From Microcoleus sp. (GTDB lineage: Bacteria; Cyanobacteriota; Cyanobacteriia; Cyanobacteriales; Microcoleaceae): 64,000 bases of DNA. The stretch covers positions 256,001 through 320,000 of the forward strand of contig JAYFMW010000003.1 in assembly GCA_042408215.1 (NCBI GenBank). The letters run 5' to 3'. The notes below the pieces were generated by a model, which worked only from the letters and a program-made list of their open reading frames with translations, had not been told where the DNA came from and made no database searches. The translations under genes and the position numbers were made by a program. Positions 1 through 12,799 of the stretch are shown here, in pieces. Within the stretch, counting starts at the first letter, position 1. Each line of letters starts with the position of its first letter.

Positions 1-872
1 TGCACTATCTCCTCGATCGACAATCGGTTCTTAGTAAGGATTTCAATCCTTTCTCCATCCGTTAAATCCGCTACAAAATCCGCTGCCGAACCTTCTTCCT
101 TCCCTTGAACTATCAATTTACACAACTTTTGAGTCAGAAACGGCTGTCCTCCAGTCCACTCCAAAATCTCTTGTAAAACTGCTTGAGGATTATCAAATTT
201 CCCCTCAAACCCCTTGACTAAAGGCAAACATTCGTGTAATTGAAAACCCTGAAGTTCAATAGCTCGACCAATATTAAATGGCGTGCGAGTCGCATCGCTA
301 ATTAAATCCGATGGCGTAGCTACTCCCAGCAAAGCAAATGTTAACCGCTGATATTCTGATTTGTGAGCGCGTTTATTGTAGCAAGATCTAATCAGGGCAA
401 AAAAGTCATCTAGCGATTCTTTGAAACTGAGAACACTATCAATTTCATCAATAAAAATGACAATGTTTTGAGAAATCTTGACCAGCAATAATTCTTCAAT
501 TAACTCTCCTAAACGTTGGACTGGCGACATCAACTCTCTCTCCCGCCACCAAGTCATAAACTCCACTGGGTTAAACAGGTTGAAATTGCACAAAAGCTTG
601 TAAGCGACGCCGCCGTACCACTTATCCAGAGAGACTTGCTGATTGCCAATATCCGAAAGGTCGATCGTAGCACAAGCAATGCCATCAGCGGAGAGTTTTT
701 GTACAGTTCGCACCAGCAAACTAGATTTGCCCATTTGTCGGGAATTGAGCACGTAACAAAACTCTCCGGCTTTTAGGGCTTGATCAAGTTCAGAGTCAGC
801 TTTTCGCACTACATAAGTAGGTGAATCTTGCGGGAGACTGCCGCCGATTTGATATTGGTAATCGACTGTCAT
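1..872 (-). CDS. AAA-like (AAA_35/STAND-related) domain protein, N-terminal part; runs off the window start
   Basis: Not in the ORF track; read manually from ATG at 872: [26 protein letters not shown]...[13 protein letters not shown] (Walker A)...[10 protein letters not shown] (Walker B)...[14 protein letters not shown]...[13 protein letters not shown]. Confidence 0.9.
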   Translation of the reverse strand, partial: MTVDYQYQIGGSLPQDSPTYVVRKADSELDQALKAGEFCYVLNSRQMGKSSLLVRTVQKLSADGIACATIDLSDIGNQQVSLDKWYGGVAYKLLCNFNLFNPVEFMTWWRERELMSPVQRLGELIEELLLVKISQNIVIFIDEIDSVLSFKESLDDFFALIRSCYNKRAHKSEYQRLTFALLGVATPSDLISDATRTPFNIGRAIELQGFQLHECLPLVKGFEGKFDNPQAVLQEILEWTGGQPFLTQKLCKLIVQGKEEGSAADFVADLTDGERIEILTKNRLSIEEIV

Positions 873-891
873 TATCTTGCCTATACTTAGA

Positions 892-1416
892 TTATTTTGT
901 CACTTGTGTTGTGCCTTTACCGCAAACCACTTCACCATTTTCATAGGTGGGTTCTGCTGGTTTAATCGGACCGGGTTTGTCAGCTTCGCACAATATGGAT
1001 ATTGTTGTTATTATTTCATTTTGAGCAGCATTAGGAACAACTTCTTTAGCAGGAACTCGAAAGACACCGCCGACATAACTCTTAAGTTGTGGTTGCTTGG
1101 ATACTCCATAATTAAAGGCAGTTTGCTTTGTGGCGCGCAATGAATATTTGTAATTTGTTGTCTCGGTTTTAAGGCCAAGTCCTAAAGCATCAACAGAAGT
1201 GCCAAAAACACTTTTTTCTACATAATAGAATTGCTGACCTTTGTTTATTGAGCTAACATACTGTTTCGCTTCCGTTTGCTTTGCCTTCCTGGCCGTATCC
1301 CGAGATGATAGCGGATCGCCAATCACGACTCCTCCAATAATCCAGATTATAAACAATAAGCATCCGCAACCGGCATCACTTGAATTGCTAATACTTGATT
1401 CTTGATTTTTAGTCAT
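892..1416 (-). CDS. Type IV pilin-like G/H family protein
   Basis: TM segment followed by [22 protein letters not shown]...LKSYVGGVF...ILCEA, typical of cyanobacterial Pilin_GH; no GFTLIE prepilin motif. Confidence 0.8.
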   Translation of the reverse strand: MTKNQESSISNSSDAGCGCLLFIIWIIGGVVIGDPLSSRDTARKAKQTEAKQYVSSINKGQQFYYVEKSVFGTSVDALGLGLKTETTNYKYSLRATKQTAFNYGVSKQPQLKSYVGGVFRVPAKEVVPNAAQNEIITTISILCEADKPGPIKPAEPTYENGEVVCGKGTTQVTK

Positions 1417-1494
1417 GGTTTTGTCTCCTTAAATGGTATATACAAGGCGATCGCATCTTTCCCATAACTCGATCGCCTCAACTTCAACTAATCC

Positions 1495-2055
1495 CTAAGT
1501 TCGCAGCTTTTGTCCCTCTTTACGGTCAATTGATGTTGGCTGAATCGCTTTACTGCCGATCGCAAAATCGCGCAATTCCACCCTCGTAAACTTCACACCC
1601 CAAGGATCGGTGATTGTATCCAACTCCTCCACTAAAGCATTATTGAGTAGATTGCGAGCCGTGTAAAGTTCCTCTACATTTAATTTAGCAATATGAGTCC
1701 GAATTGAAAGAATCAGCATATTGAACATCGCTTCTTTGAGATTCTGCACCTTGTAGGAAGCTTTTTCTAAGTCAATGATTCGCCAGTACACAATAAATTC
1801 AAGGGTGACGGAAACGCGATCGCCTGTTGTGCATTGTTGCGGTGCCAGGTTTAACATTTGCTCGCGCAGAGTTTGTTGATAGGCGACTGTTTCGACAAAG
1901 GGAATCAGAAATGTCAAACCAGGTTCGAGTTTTTTGCGATCGTACTTTCCGAAAATTTCAACTAAGGCTTCATCTCCTTGACGGACAATTTTAACACTGC
2001 TGACTAAGGATACACCGGTGATTGCAAACAACACCATCAAAAAATACTGATACAT
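1495..2055 (-). CDS. SPFH/stomatin-like (paraslipin) protein, short
   Basis: N-terminal TM, SVKIVRQGDEALVE.FGKY...LEPGL.FLIPFVE, DPWGVKFTRVELRD. Confidence 0.9.
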   Translation of the reverse strand: MYQYFLMVLFAITGVSLVSSVKIVRQGDEALVEIFGKYDRKKLEPGLTFLIPFVETVAYQQTLREQMLNLAPQQCTTGDRVSVTLEFIVYWRIIDLEKASYKVQNLKEAMFNMLILSIRTHIAKLNVEELYTARNLLNNALVEELDTITDPWGVKFTRVELRDFAIGSKAIQPTSIDRKEGQKLRT

Positions 2056-2112
2056 AGTGAATCTCCTGGTAATTTGAAGCTGTGAACTAAAGATGATAGG
2101 ATTTGCACATCG

Positions 2113-2286
2113 GGGCCTAGAAACCGGGTTTTTTACGAAAATATTTCGTTATAGCCCGCAGATTCGGTAAAAAACCCGGTTTCTCAACACACCGTGCGTG
2201 GGCCTAGAAACCGGGTTTTTTACGAAAATATTTCGTTATAGCCCGCAGATTCGGTAAAAAACCCGGTTTCTCAACACACCGTGCGT
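2113..2286. repeat. Two tandem identical 87-bp copies of an AGAAACCGGGTTTT...AAAACCCGGTTTCT hairpin/MITE-like element
   Basis: Units 2113-2199 and 2200-2286 read directly; related copies at ~25052-25116, 32540-32606, 41499-41565, 44215-44247, 53036-53100, 54559-54624. Confidence 0.9.
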
Positions 2287-2319
2287 AATTCCTGAATGAA
2301 TTGATTTTGTTACAAAGGT

Positions 2320-2865
2320 TTAGTTGTTGATGTGAATTAATTTGTCAGGTACAACAATCAGCGTGTTTCCTTCGCGGCGCAAAACGTAAACTTTTTGTCT
2401 GGGTGCGATCGCCTCTTGGCGATCTTCATTGCGGGCTTTCCACGAAGCACCTTCATAAATCACCATTCCGGTTTCTCCCGATAAAATTTCTGAGATAGTT
2501 GTCGCTTCGGTTGCTTCGGGAATCACAAACTTTTTGCGAACAATGAAAATCGGTCGAATCCAAATAATCAGGGCGAGAGATATTCCCATCCAGTAGAATA
2601 TCTGCCAGTCAAAATCTTCATACATTACCAGCGCCCAACTAAAATTAAATGCGATCGATCCTCTCCACAAAATAAAGGATTCAATTAGAGCAGAAGCTCC
2701 CATCATCAGCACGTAAAACCTGTATTTTTGGGGCTGGGTTTTTTGGATGAATAGATCGATCGCACTCAGCACAACTGCGATGAGCAACCACAACATCGGC
2801 GGCGTGAATGCGAAAGTTGGTTGATTAGTTGCTAATGCTAGTGGCCAACTTAGGATAGAGTACAT
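2320..2865 (-). CDS. NfeD family membrane protein
   Basis: Three TM segments plus OB-fold tail (GETGMVIYEGASWKAR...KVYVLRREGNTLIV); adjacent to the SPFH gene. Confidence 0.9.
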   Translation of the reverse strand: MYSILSWPLALATNQPTFAFTPPMLWLLIAVVLSAIDLFIQKTQPQKYRFYVLMMGASALIESFILWRGSIAFNFSWALVMYEDFDWQIFYWMGISLALIIWIRPIFIVRKKFVIPEATEATTISEILSGETGMVIYEGASWKARNEDRQEAIAPRQKVYVLRREGNTLIVVPDKLIHINN

Positions 2866-2955
2866 AATTCTTCACCCCCTTGTGACAGTGCTCAACCTGG
2901 TTATTTCTAATCTAATCAGGTGGCTATTTGAGTTGGCGACTGAGTTATTTGAGAA

Positions 2956-2988
2956 TTCATCGACTTTTCATCGACTTTTCATCGACTT
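2956..2988. promoter_or_regulatory. Three perfect 11-bp direct repeats (TTCATCGACTT), putative operator
   Basis: Seen directly in the divergent intergenic region upstream of an HTH-containing gene. Confidence 0.55.
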
Positions 2989-3038
2989 TGGGACGCTTGG
3001 CATTTATGATGGTTTCAGTGTCTTAATTGTGATAAGCA

Positions 3039-4412
3039 ATGCCGCGATCGCTCAGGCTGCGTCTAAAGTGCATTCCCGCAGTTAAATCGTCTCTCCTAAG
3101 AAATGGCTTCCCCAGTCAGAAAATCTTGGCTGAGGATTTAGGGATAGCCCAATCTACTGTCAGCCATTTCCTGAATGGCAAACCTGTAGATTATGTTAAT
3201 TTCATCGAAATTTGTCGCGGATTGAATCAGGAATGGCGCGATATAGCCGATTTTGAGCTGGAATCTCTGCCCGATGAGGTGTTGCCAAGATCTGCAAAAA
3301 TTGCGATCGCCCAATCCAGTGCAGACCATGAATTAGCTGTCAATTTGAGCGAAATTACTAACACAAAACAGTCAATAATTCAACCCTTGCCAGCCGCAGA
3401 ATTGCCAGGAGGACAAGTAGATTTAGCTTCTCGTTTTTATATCGAGCGTTATCCCATCGAATCTCGCTGTTATGAAACGATTAGCCAACCGGGATCTCTC
3501 ATCCGTATTAAAGCTCCGAGACAGATGGGCAAAACTTCTTTAATGGCGAGGATTTTGCATCATGCAGAACAGCAAGGTTCTCGCACGGTGGCGCTGAGTT
3601 TTCAACTAGCAAATAGGAGAGTTTTCGCTAATTCAGATACATTTTTGCAGTGGTTTTGTGCTAGCGTCGGTCAAGAATTAGGAATGCTGGAACAGTTGCC
3701 TAAGTGTTGGGAATTAGCAGATTTGATTGGCAGTAATCAGTGCTGTAAGGCTTACTTTGAACAGTATTTGCTGTCTGAATCCTCAAGACCTCTGACCTTG
3801 GGTTTGGATGAGAGCGATCGCCTATTTGAATCCCCGGAAATTGCCGATGACTTTTTTGGGTTATTACGAGCTTTGCACGAAGAAGCAAAACGGCGAGATA
3901 TTTGGAAAAAGTTTCGCTTAATTGTGGTGCATTCTACGGAAGTTTATATCCCGCTGGATGTGAATAAATCGCCGTTTAATGTGGGATTGCCGATTGAATT
4001 ACCGGAATTTAATGAGCAGCAGGTGCAAGAATTGGCAAGGCGGCACGGATTGAATTGGATTGCGAATGAAGTTGCAGAATTGATGGCGTTAGTGGGAGGA
4101 CATCCCTATTTAGTGCGGCTGGGAATATATCACATTTCGCGTCAAGATGTGACTTTAAATCAATTGGTGAAATCCCCGGCCACAGAAGCGGAAATTTACA
4201 GCGATCATTTGCGGCGGCATTTGTGGAATTTAGAGAAATATTCGGAATTAATGGATGCGATGAGAGAGGTTGTGAGTGGTTCCCAGCCTGTTAGATTGAG
4301 GTCAGAATTAGGGTTTAAGTTAAATAGTATGGGGTTGGTGAAATTTAACGGAAATAATTGCATTCCGAGATGCCGATTGTATGAGGAATATTTTCGCGAT
4401 CGCGTAGGTTAA
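3039..4412 (+). CDS. XRE-type HTH plus AAA_35 ATPase domain protein
   Basis: SQKILAEDLGIAQSTVSHFLNG (HTH); KAPRQMGKTSL (Walker A); LGLDESD (Walker B); SPFNVGLPIELPEF; VGGHPYL. Confidence 0.9.
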   Translation: MPRSLRLRLKCIPAVKSSLLRNGFPSQKILAEDLGIAQSTVSHFLNGKPVDYVNFIEICRGLNQEWRDIADFELESLPDEVLPRSAKIAIAQSSADHELAVNLSEITNTKQSIIQPLPAAELPGGQVDLASRFYIERYPIESRCYETISQPGSLIRIKAPRQMGKTSLMARILHHAEQQGSRTVALSFQLANRRVFANSDTFLQWFCASVGQELGMLEQLPKCWELADLIGSNQCCKAYFEQYLLSESSRPLTLGLDESDRLFESPEIADDFFGLLRALHEEAKRRDIWKKFRLIVVHSTEVYIPLDVNKSPFNVGLPIELPEFNEQQVQELARRHGLNWIANEVAELMALVGGHPYLVRLGIYHISRQDVTLNQLVKSPATEAEIYSDHLRRHLWNLEKYSELMDAMREVVSGSQPVRLRSELGFKLNSMGLVKFNGNNCIPRCRLYEEYFRDRVG

Positions 4413-4656
4413 TACCAATTTCTATAAACATCGCCCACGCAATTTAAGCAGCTTACAAATAGGAATCCGGCGATGAAGCCGCTGACCGCTTTTTGCAGCG
4501 CGTGCTTTACCGCATCAACAGGCTCAACTTATTTTGATCTGCTGTCGCGCATCTAAAAATTATCTAGGAAGCGCCCTGGCGGTTAAGAAACCCAGCGCAA
4601 AACTATTTCCCGTCTGTGCCCAAACCTCCAGGGCGGTTGGTATCACAAGAAATTAA

Positions 4657-5025
4657 TTAGTCCTCAGTGTCCACAAAAACTGTCACCGCAGCCACCGCAA
4701 TCAACATTTCATCATTTTTATCATTCAGAGATGCGATCGCCCTTCCTTCCACAACCATTCCCCCCTGCTCCACAATCAGAGTTTTGCTCCCGAAAGGGAG
4801 CACAGCCAATACCTCCTCCGATCGCACTTGTTCAGGATAAGGAACCGCCACCTTTACTTCCACAATCATTTGATTGGGATCGCTCAAACCCGCCACTTCC
4901 CAGACACCCAGCAAAGCATTATGGGCGATCGCATTCCGTACAGCCCTTGCCGCGGCTACAGTCGGTTCCTGTCCGTGCTGGTCTACACCCATGCCCATTT
5001 CAATGATTAAACGTTTCCGCACCAT
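4657..5025 (-). CDS. Lin0512 family protein
   Basis: MVRKRLIIEMGMGVDQHGQEPTVAAARAVRNAI; start moved to ATG 5025. Confidence 0.85.
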   Translation of the reverse strand: MVRKRLIIEMGMGVDQHGQEPTVAAARAVRNAIAHNALLGVWEVAGLSDPNQMIVEVKVAVPYPEQVRSEEVLAVLPFGSKTLIVEQGGMVVEGRAIASLNDKNDEMLIAVAAVTVFVDTED

Positions 5026-5207
5026 AGCTACCTCTTTGTTACTTTTTGTTTTTAGTCGATCGCGCTCTTCCCAAAACAATTATCAACCAAAACGACTGCA
5101 TTTTTTAGACTTTAACAATTTTCTCAAACAACAAAATAATAACTTATGGTAATATAACCAAATTCACCTTTCCTCGCGGACTGCAAAATACATCGCCAGC
5201 TTGAATC

Positions 5208-6122
5208 ATGGATAGTTTTCTGCCAATTGCCTACTTTCAAAACCAATTTCTCCCATTTACCGAAGCCAAAGTTTCCATAGCCACCCACGCACTGCACTAC
5301 GGAACCGGAGTCTTAGGCGGCTTGCGGGGAATACCCGACCCCGAAAACCCCGATCGAATCTTGCTATTTAGATTAGACCGCCACTGTCAAAGACTAAGCC
5401 AAAGTGCCAGCTTCCTCAAATGCGATTTGCTCGCCGACAAAATCCAAGAAATAATCGTTGATTTTGTCAAGAAAAATCAGCCCACCAAATCTTTTTATAT
5501 CCGCCCATTTATCTACACCTCAAGTTTGGGAATAGCCCCCCGACTGCACAACGTAGAAACAGACTTTTTTGTCTACGGATTAGAACTCTCAGACTATTTA
5601 CCCAAAGAAGGAGTCAACTGTAGAATTAGCTCTTGGTACCGCCAAGAAGACCGCAGTTTACCCTTGAGAGGAAAAATTAGCGGCGCTTACATTACCTCAG
5701 CCTTAGCCAAAACAGAAGCAGTAGAATCCGGCTTCGATGAAGCTATTATGATGAATACTCAGGGAAAAGTCAGCGAAGCTTCAGGGATGAACATATTTGT
5801 CGCCAGAAACGGTAAATTAGTTACTCCCGGTTTCGATCAAGATATTCTCGAAGGAATTACCAGAGACAGTGCGATAACTATCGCCAGAGACTTAGGAATT
5901 GAAGTCATAGAAAGACCAGTTGACAAATCAGAACTCTTGATTGCTGACGAGATTTTTCTGTGCGGCACCGCAGCTAAAATCACCCCAATTAACCGAATCG
6001 AAAACTATCATTTACCAAAAGAGCGACCCATCACCAAAAAACTCTTGGAAAAACTCACTGGAATCATCGAAAATCGCGACAGCAAGTACAAAGACTGGGT
6101 ATTTCCGATCAGTCTAAATTGA
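5208..6122 (+). CDS. ilvE: Branched-chain amino acid aminotransferase
   Basis: ATHALHYGTG, GKISGAY, GFDEAIM, ILEGITR, FLCGTAAKITP. Confidence 0.95.
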   Translation: MDSFLPIAYFQNQFLPFTEAKVSIATHALHYGTGVLGGLRGIPDPENPDRILLFRLDRHCQRLSQSASFLKCDLLADKIQEIIVDFVKKNQPTKSFYIRPFIYTSSLGIAPRLHNVETDFFVYGLELSDYLPKEGVNCRISSWYRQEDRSLPLRGKISGAYITSALAKTEAVESGFDEAIMMNTQGKVSEASGMNIFVARNGKLVTPGFDQDILEGITRDSAITIARDLGIEVIERPVDKSELLIADEIFLCGTAAKITPINRIENYHLPKERPITKKLLEKLTGIIENRDSKYKDWVFPISLN

Positions 6123-6139
6123 CCGTAAATACAGCGTAT

Positions 6140-6438
6140 CCCAGGTTTATGAAGTGCAGTAGGGACACTCAAGCGTGCTCTTCTTAGTGTCAACTTAACG
6201 TTAAACCCAGTCACAGATTGCTGTTTGACCATTAAGCCTAGATCCCCCCTAGCCCCCCTTAAGAAGGGGGGGACAGGAGTCTTTTCAAAGTCCCCCTTCT
6301 TAAGGGGGATTTAGGGGGTTCTAGACTTAGGTAAAAGCGAGAGATACCAAGGCTTTCAGGCGATTGTTGACACTCCTTGGGCGAAAGCCTTTGTCCCTAC
6401 GGGTATCTATCGATAAGCGGGTGTACTTCATAAACGCG
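6140..6438. mobile_element. Nested composite MITE/REP element
   Basis: Outer GTTTATGAAGT...ACTTCATAAAC IR; GTAGGGACAC...GTCCCTAC REP arms; inner GTGTCAAC...GTTGACAC IR; core CCCCCTAGCCCCCCTTAAGAAGGGGGG...GGGGGATTTAGGGGG. Homologous copy at 12481-12780. Confidence 0.75.
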
Positions 6439-6492
6439 GGTTCACCAATATCTGTGATTCACATCCAGGGTATTTATAAACCCGCCCCTACC

Positions 6493-7347
6493 TTAATCGC
6501 ACAAAACAGCCGCATGATGTTGAATATGATCTTCCATAAAACTCGCGACAAAATAATAACTATGATCGTAACCTTCCTGCATTCTTAAAGTTAGCGGCTG
6601 TCCCGCTTTTGCACAAGCCTCCGCGAACACTTCCGGCAACAACTGCCCATCAGCAAGATATGAATCTGCCCTGCCGCAATCAATCAGAATCGGACGGTTA
6701 TATGAGGCTTCAACTACCAAGTCGCTAGCATCCCAAGCCCGCCAATGCTCTCGATTGTCACCGAGGTAGTGACCGAAGATTTTTTGTCCCCAAGGGCAAC
6801 GCATGGGCGCGCAAATGGGCGCAAAAGCAGAAACAGAAAGATAGCGATCGCCATTTTTTAACGCACAAATTAAAGCCCCATGTCCCCCCATCGAATGACC
6901 GAAAATACCCTGTTTTTCCGGTATAACTGGAAAATTTTCTGCTATTAAATTAGGCAATTCATCAACAACATAACTGTACATTTGATAGTGAGAATTCCAA
7001 GGTGCAACTGCGGCATCAACATAAAAACCCGCACCACTTCCCAAATCCCAATCGTCATCTTCGCCAGCAATACCAGTATGGCGCGGGCTAGTATCGGGCG
7101 CAACCAGCATTAACCCATATTTTGATGCCAATTGCTGCGCTCCCGCTTTTGCCATAAAATTCTCTTCGGTGCTGGTTAATCCTGATAGGAAATACAGGAT
7201 TGGTACGGGTTGAGACTGGGCTTGTGGCGGCTGATATACAGCGAATTTCATCTCGCTATTGCAGGTGGAGGATTGATGGCTGTAAAAGCCGAGTTTACCG
7301 CCAAAAATTTTATGTTCTTTGTGCTGTTTTAGGGATGCGGATATCAT
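6493..7347 (-). CDS. fghA: S-formylglutathione hydrolase
   Basis: LSGLT, APDTSPR, GHSMGGHGAL nucleophile elbow, GYDHSYYF; downstream of the class III ADH. Confidence 0.95.
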   Translation of the reverse strand: MISASLKQHKEHKIFGGKLGFYSHQSSTCNSEMKFAVYQPPQAQSQPVPILYFLSGLTSTEENFMAKAGAQQLASKYGLMLVAPDTSPRHTGIAGEDDDWDLGSGAGFYVDAAVAPWNSHYQMYSYVVDELPNLIAENFPVIPEKQGIFGHSMGGHGALICALKNGDRYLSVSAFAPICAPMRCPWGQKIFGHYLGDNREHWRAWDASDLVVEASYNRPILIDCGRADSYLADGQLLPEVFAEACAKAGQPLTLRMQEGYDHSYYFVASFMEDHIQHHAAVLCD

Positions 7348-7382
7348 ATTAATTCTCTTTAATTTAGGAATGGGATTTTTTT

Positions 7383-7409
7383 ACCGCAGAGGGCGCAGAG
7401 GGCGCAGAG
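7383..7409. repeat. ACCGCAGAGGGCGCAGAG(GGCGCAGAG) dispersed 9-mer repeat family
   Basis: Also at 9354-9380 (reverse) and 22263-22289. Confidence 0.7.
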
Positions 7410-7436
7410 GAAGAGAGAAGAGAGCAGAGTTTTTAT

Positions 7437-9308
<1,872 letters not shown>

Positions 9309-9457
9309 TACAGCAACCCTTGCAGCATTTGCGAACATCTCTCTTTTATTCTCCTCTGCGCCCTCTGCGCTCTCTGCGGTTCATTAAAAAAAATATCTCA
9401 AAAATGACATAAAATTGCTATATTCCCAACTCAAAACTCTTTCCCCAAATTGCCACT

Positions 9458-10519
9458 GTGAACTCCCCTGCGAACTCGCCACTAACCCCCCCCTCCCCAA
9501 TCGAAACCCGCAAAGCAGACCACCTACGGCTCTGCATCGAAGAAGATGTACAATTCCGCGAAACTACCAGCGGACTTGAACGCTATCGTTTTGCTCACTG
9601 CTGTTTGCCAGAACTCGATCGCAACGACATTGATTTAACCTCAACTTTTCTTGGCAAAAAACTAGCCGCGCCGCTGCTAATTTCCTCGATGACTGGCGGT
9701 ACAGAATTAGCCAAAACTATCAATTACCTGCTCGCCGATGTTGCTCAAAAATACAAAATTGCAATGGGAGTCGGTTCCCAACGAATAGTAGTAGAAAATC
9801 CTGAATTAGCTGCTACCTTTGCAGTCCGTCGTCGCGCTCCAGACATTCTGCTATTTGCTAACATCGGAGCAGTTCAATTAAACTACAATTACGGTTTGGA
9901 ACAGTGCCAAAAAATTGTGGATATTCTGGAAGCAGATGCCCTGATTTTGCACCTTAATCCCCTGCAAGAGTGCATTCAAACTGAAGGCGATACTAACTTT
10001 AAAGGACTCCTCGATCAAATTGCCAAATTGTGCGAAAAATTACCAGTACCAGTCATTGCTAAAGAGGTTGGTAACGGTATTTCAGGAGCGATGGCCAAGA
10101 AATTGCTCGCAGCAGGGGTAAGCGCGATCGATGTTGCCGGAGCTGGAGGCACTTCTTGGGCGAAAATAGAAGGAGAGCGAGCAAAAAATGCTCTTGGGCG
10201 CAGGTTGGGCGCGACATTTGCCGACTGGGGAATCCCGACAGCCGAGTGCGTTGTCGGTGCGAGGAAAGCAGCGCCGGATGTTCCTCTGATTGCTTCTGGA
10301 GGCTTGCAGAATGGGTTGGATGCAGCGAAGGCCCTCGCCCTTGGCGCGGATCTGGCGGGGCTGGCGAGGCCGTTTTTGCAAGCAGCAGCGGAATCGGAAT
10401 CAGCCTTAGAGCTCCTAGTTGAGGTTTTAATTGCAGAGATTGCCACAGTGATGTTTTGTACCGGCTGCGCTAACTTGTATGAGTTACAACATTCTGGGGT
10501 TTTGGAAAGGTTAAGATAG
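9458..10519 (+). CDS. fni: Type 2 isopentenyl-diphosphate delta-isomerase
   Basis: RKADH, SSMTGG, HLNPLQE, KEVGNG, GAGGTSW, IASGG. Confidence 0.95.
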   Translation: MNSPANSPLTPPSPIETRKADHLRLCIEEDVQFRETTSGLERYRFAHCCLPELDRNDIDLTSTFLGKKLAAPLLISSMTGGTELAKTINYLLADVAQKYKIAMGVGSQRIVVENPELAATFAVRRRAPDILLFANIGAVQLNYNYGLEQCQKIVDILEADALILHLNPLQECIQTEGDTNFKGLLDQIAKLCEKLPVPVIAKEVGNGISGAMAKKLLAAGVSAIDVAGAGGTSWAKIEGERAKNALGRRLGATFADWGIPTAECVVGARKAAPDVPLIASGGLQNGLDAAKALALGADLAGLARPFLQAAAESESALELLVEVLIAEIATVMFCTGCANLYELQHSGVLERLR

Positions 10520-10525
10520 AAGTAG

Positions 10526-10640
10526 GTCATTAGTCAGCAGTCATCGGTCATTAGTTAGTGGTGACTTATTATTTGTGAGTTATGTAATTAGGACTACGGA
10601 CTGCTAACTAATGACTAATGACTAATGACTAATGACTAAT
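10526..10640. repeat. Heptamer short tandem repeats (GTCATTA / TAATGAC type), inverted arrangement
   Basis: (ACTAATG)n at about 10607-10640. Confidence 0.8.
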
Positions 10641-10653
10641 TACCAATTATCTA

Positions 10654-12471
10654 ATGAAAGATTTCCTAAAATATACGTTTGCAAGTTTGCTGGGAAGCCT
10701 CCTAGGATTGGTGTTGCTCGGTAGCCTAGGATTGGGGGGCATGGTACTGCTAATTGCTGTGGCTGCATCGTCTAAAGATTCGGGCCCGCAAGTTAAAGAT
10801 AAGTCTGTATTGGTGTTAGATCTTTCTCTGAATATCACTGACAGCAAACCTAGTCGCAACACCGGCGCGGCGATTGAAGAAGTGCTTTCTGATGAGGGTT
10901 CGGATACCGTGACGCTGCGTAGTGTTTTAGATGCGATCGCATCTGCTAAAAAAGATCCGAAAATAGTTGGTATTTATCTCGAAGGTAGCTCGGATTCTGG
11001 GAGCAGCGGGTGGGCTAACCTCAAAGAAGTTCGATCGGCATTGCAGGGTTTCCGAGATGCCAAAAAACCCATTTTTGCTTACCAGATGGGTTGGAATGAG
11101 CGAGATTATTACCTCGGTTCCGTTGCTAATACCATTGCAGTCAATCCTTTCGGCGCTTTGGAACTCAACGGTTTTAGTAGCCAATCCATGTTTTTTACTG
11201 GTGCTTTGGAGAAATACGGCGTGGGAGTGCAAGTCACTCGCGTTGGCAAATATAAGTCAGCCGTTGAACCGTTTTTGCTCACAAAAATGAGTCCCGAAAA
11301 TCGCCAGCAAACTCAAAAGTTGCTCGGAGATATGTGGGGAGAATACCTGCAAACTGTCGGGCCAAACCGCAAATTGACTGTTCCCCAACTGCAAGCGATC
11401 GCAGATAATGGCGGAACTTTGATGGCTGACGAAGCTCTCAAAAGCAAGTTAGTTGATCGAGTTGTGTACTTTGACGAAATTGCGACAGAACTTAAGAAAC
11501 TAACAGGAGCCGATGGAGAAAACAAATCTTTCAAACAAATTAGTTTGAAAAATTACGCGAGAATTGCTGAGAATAAAAACTCAAATCGCGGGGACAATAA
11601 AAAGCAGATTGCTGTGCTTTACGCCGAGGGAGAAATTGTAGACGGCGAAGGAGGTGCGAGTCAAGTAGGAGGCGATCGCATTGCTCAAGAATTGCGGAAA
11701 ATCCGAGAAGATAACGACGTAAAAGCCGTGGTTTTGCGCGTCAACAGTCCCGGAGGCAGCGTAACGGCATCTGAAGTAATTGGACGGGAAGTCGCGCTCA
11801 CTGCTAAGAAAAAACCAGTTATTGTTTCGATGGGCAATTTAGCGGCTTCCGGCGGCTATTGGATTTCGATGGGTTCTAGCAAAATTTTTGCTGAAGCGAA
11901 TACGATTACCGGTTCGATCGGCGTTTTTGGAATGCTCTTCAACGTCGAAAAGTTGGCGGCTAACAACGGGCTGAGTTGGGATATTGTGAAAACCGGCCTC
12001 TATGCCGATACTAACACGATTTCTCGCCCGAAAAATCCTCAAGAATTGGCTAATATTCAGAGGATAGTCGATCGCATTTACGATCGATTTATTACTAAAG
12101 TCGCAGACGGACGCAAACTGCCTAAAAACAAGGTACAAGAAATTGCTCAAGGCCGGGTTTGGTCTGGTACCGCCGCGAAACAGTTGGGTTTGGTCGATGA
12201 AATTGGCGGTTTTGAAGATGCTGTCAAAGAGGCGGCGAAGCAAGCTAAACTAGGCGATGATTGGCAATTAGAAGAATATCCGAAACGCCGCAGTTTGGAA
12301 GAGCGAATTTTGGAAAGAATTTCAGGTGTTCGCGTTTCTAAACCAGCCACCCAACTCGACCCGCTGACGGCAGAGGTTAAAAAAATACAGTCGGAATTGG
12401 CTGTTGTCAAGTCCATGAACGATCCCCAGGGAGTTTACGTTCGCTTACCTTTCAATTTACGGATTGATTAA
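10654..12471 (+). CDS. sppA: Signal peptide peptidase SppA, 67K type
   Basis: VGKYKSAVEP, LRVNSPGGS, AASGGYW, TITGSIGV, QGRVWSG. Confidence 0.95.
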   Translation: MKDFLKYTFASLLGSLLGLVLLGSLGLGGMVLLIAVAASSKDSGPQVKDKSVLVLDLSLNITDSKPSRNTGAAIEEVLSDEGSDTVTLRSVLDAIASAKKDPKIVGIYLEGSSDSGSSGWANLKEVRSALQGFRDAKKPIFAYQMGWNERDYYLGSVANTIAVNPFGALELNGFSSQSMFFTGALEKYGVGVQVTRVGKYKSAVEPFLLTKMSPENRQQTQKLLGDMWGEYLQTVGPNRKLTVPQLQAIADNGGTLMADEALKSKLVDRVVYFDEIATELKKLTGADGENKSFKQISLKNYARIAENKNSNRGDNKKQIAVLYAEGEIVDGEGGASQVGGDRIAQELRKIREDNDVKAVVLRVNSPGGSVTASEVIGREVALTAKKKPVIVSMGNLAASGGYWISMGSSKIFAEANTITGSIGVFGMLFNVEKLAANNGLSWDIVKTGLYADTNTISRPKNPQELANIQRIVDRIYDRFITKVADGRKLPKNKVQEIAQGRVWSGTAAKQLGLVDEIGGFEDAVKEAAKQAKLGDDWQLEEYPKRRSLEERILERISGVRVSKPATQLDPLTAEVKKIQSELAVVKSMNDPQGVYVRLPFNLRID

Positions 12472-12480
12472 TGTGGAGAT

Positions 12481-12780
12481 CCCCAGGTTTATGAAATGCA
12501 GCTTTAGACACTCAAGCGTGCCCATTGGTGTCAACTTAAGGTAAAACCCAGTCATAGACTGGTGTTTGACTATTAAGGCCTGATCCCCCCTAGCCCCCCT
12601 TAAGAAGGGGGGGACAGGAGTATTCTTAAAGTCCCCCTTCTTAAGGGGGATTTAGGGGGATCTGGACTCAGGTAAAAACGAGATTTATCAAGGCTTTTAG
12701 GCTTAAGTTGACACCAATAGGCACGCGCTTAGTGTCCCTACGGGGATTGATCGATAGGCGGGTGTACTTCATAAACCTGC
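12481..12780. mobile_element. Nested composite MITE/REP element (homolog of 6140-6438)
   Basis: Same layered IRs, including ATTGGTGTCAACTTAAG...CTTAAGTTGACACCAAT. Confidence 0.75.
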
Positions 12781-12799
12781 AATCTGCTGTATCGCTGTT

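Noticed and set aside
2113..2286. Possible two-repeat CRISPR
   Set aside because: The whole 87-bp unit is duplicated identically and belongs to a dispersed hairpin family; no cas genes in the window
10015..12416. Antisense and alternate-frame ORFs over fni and sppA (similar ones over thrC, clpB and the kinases)
   Set aside because: Shadow ORFs of well-supported genes with no recognisable motifs
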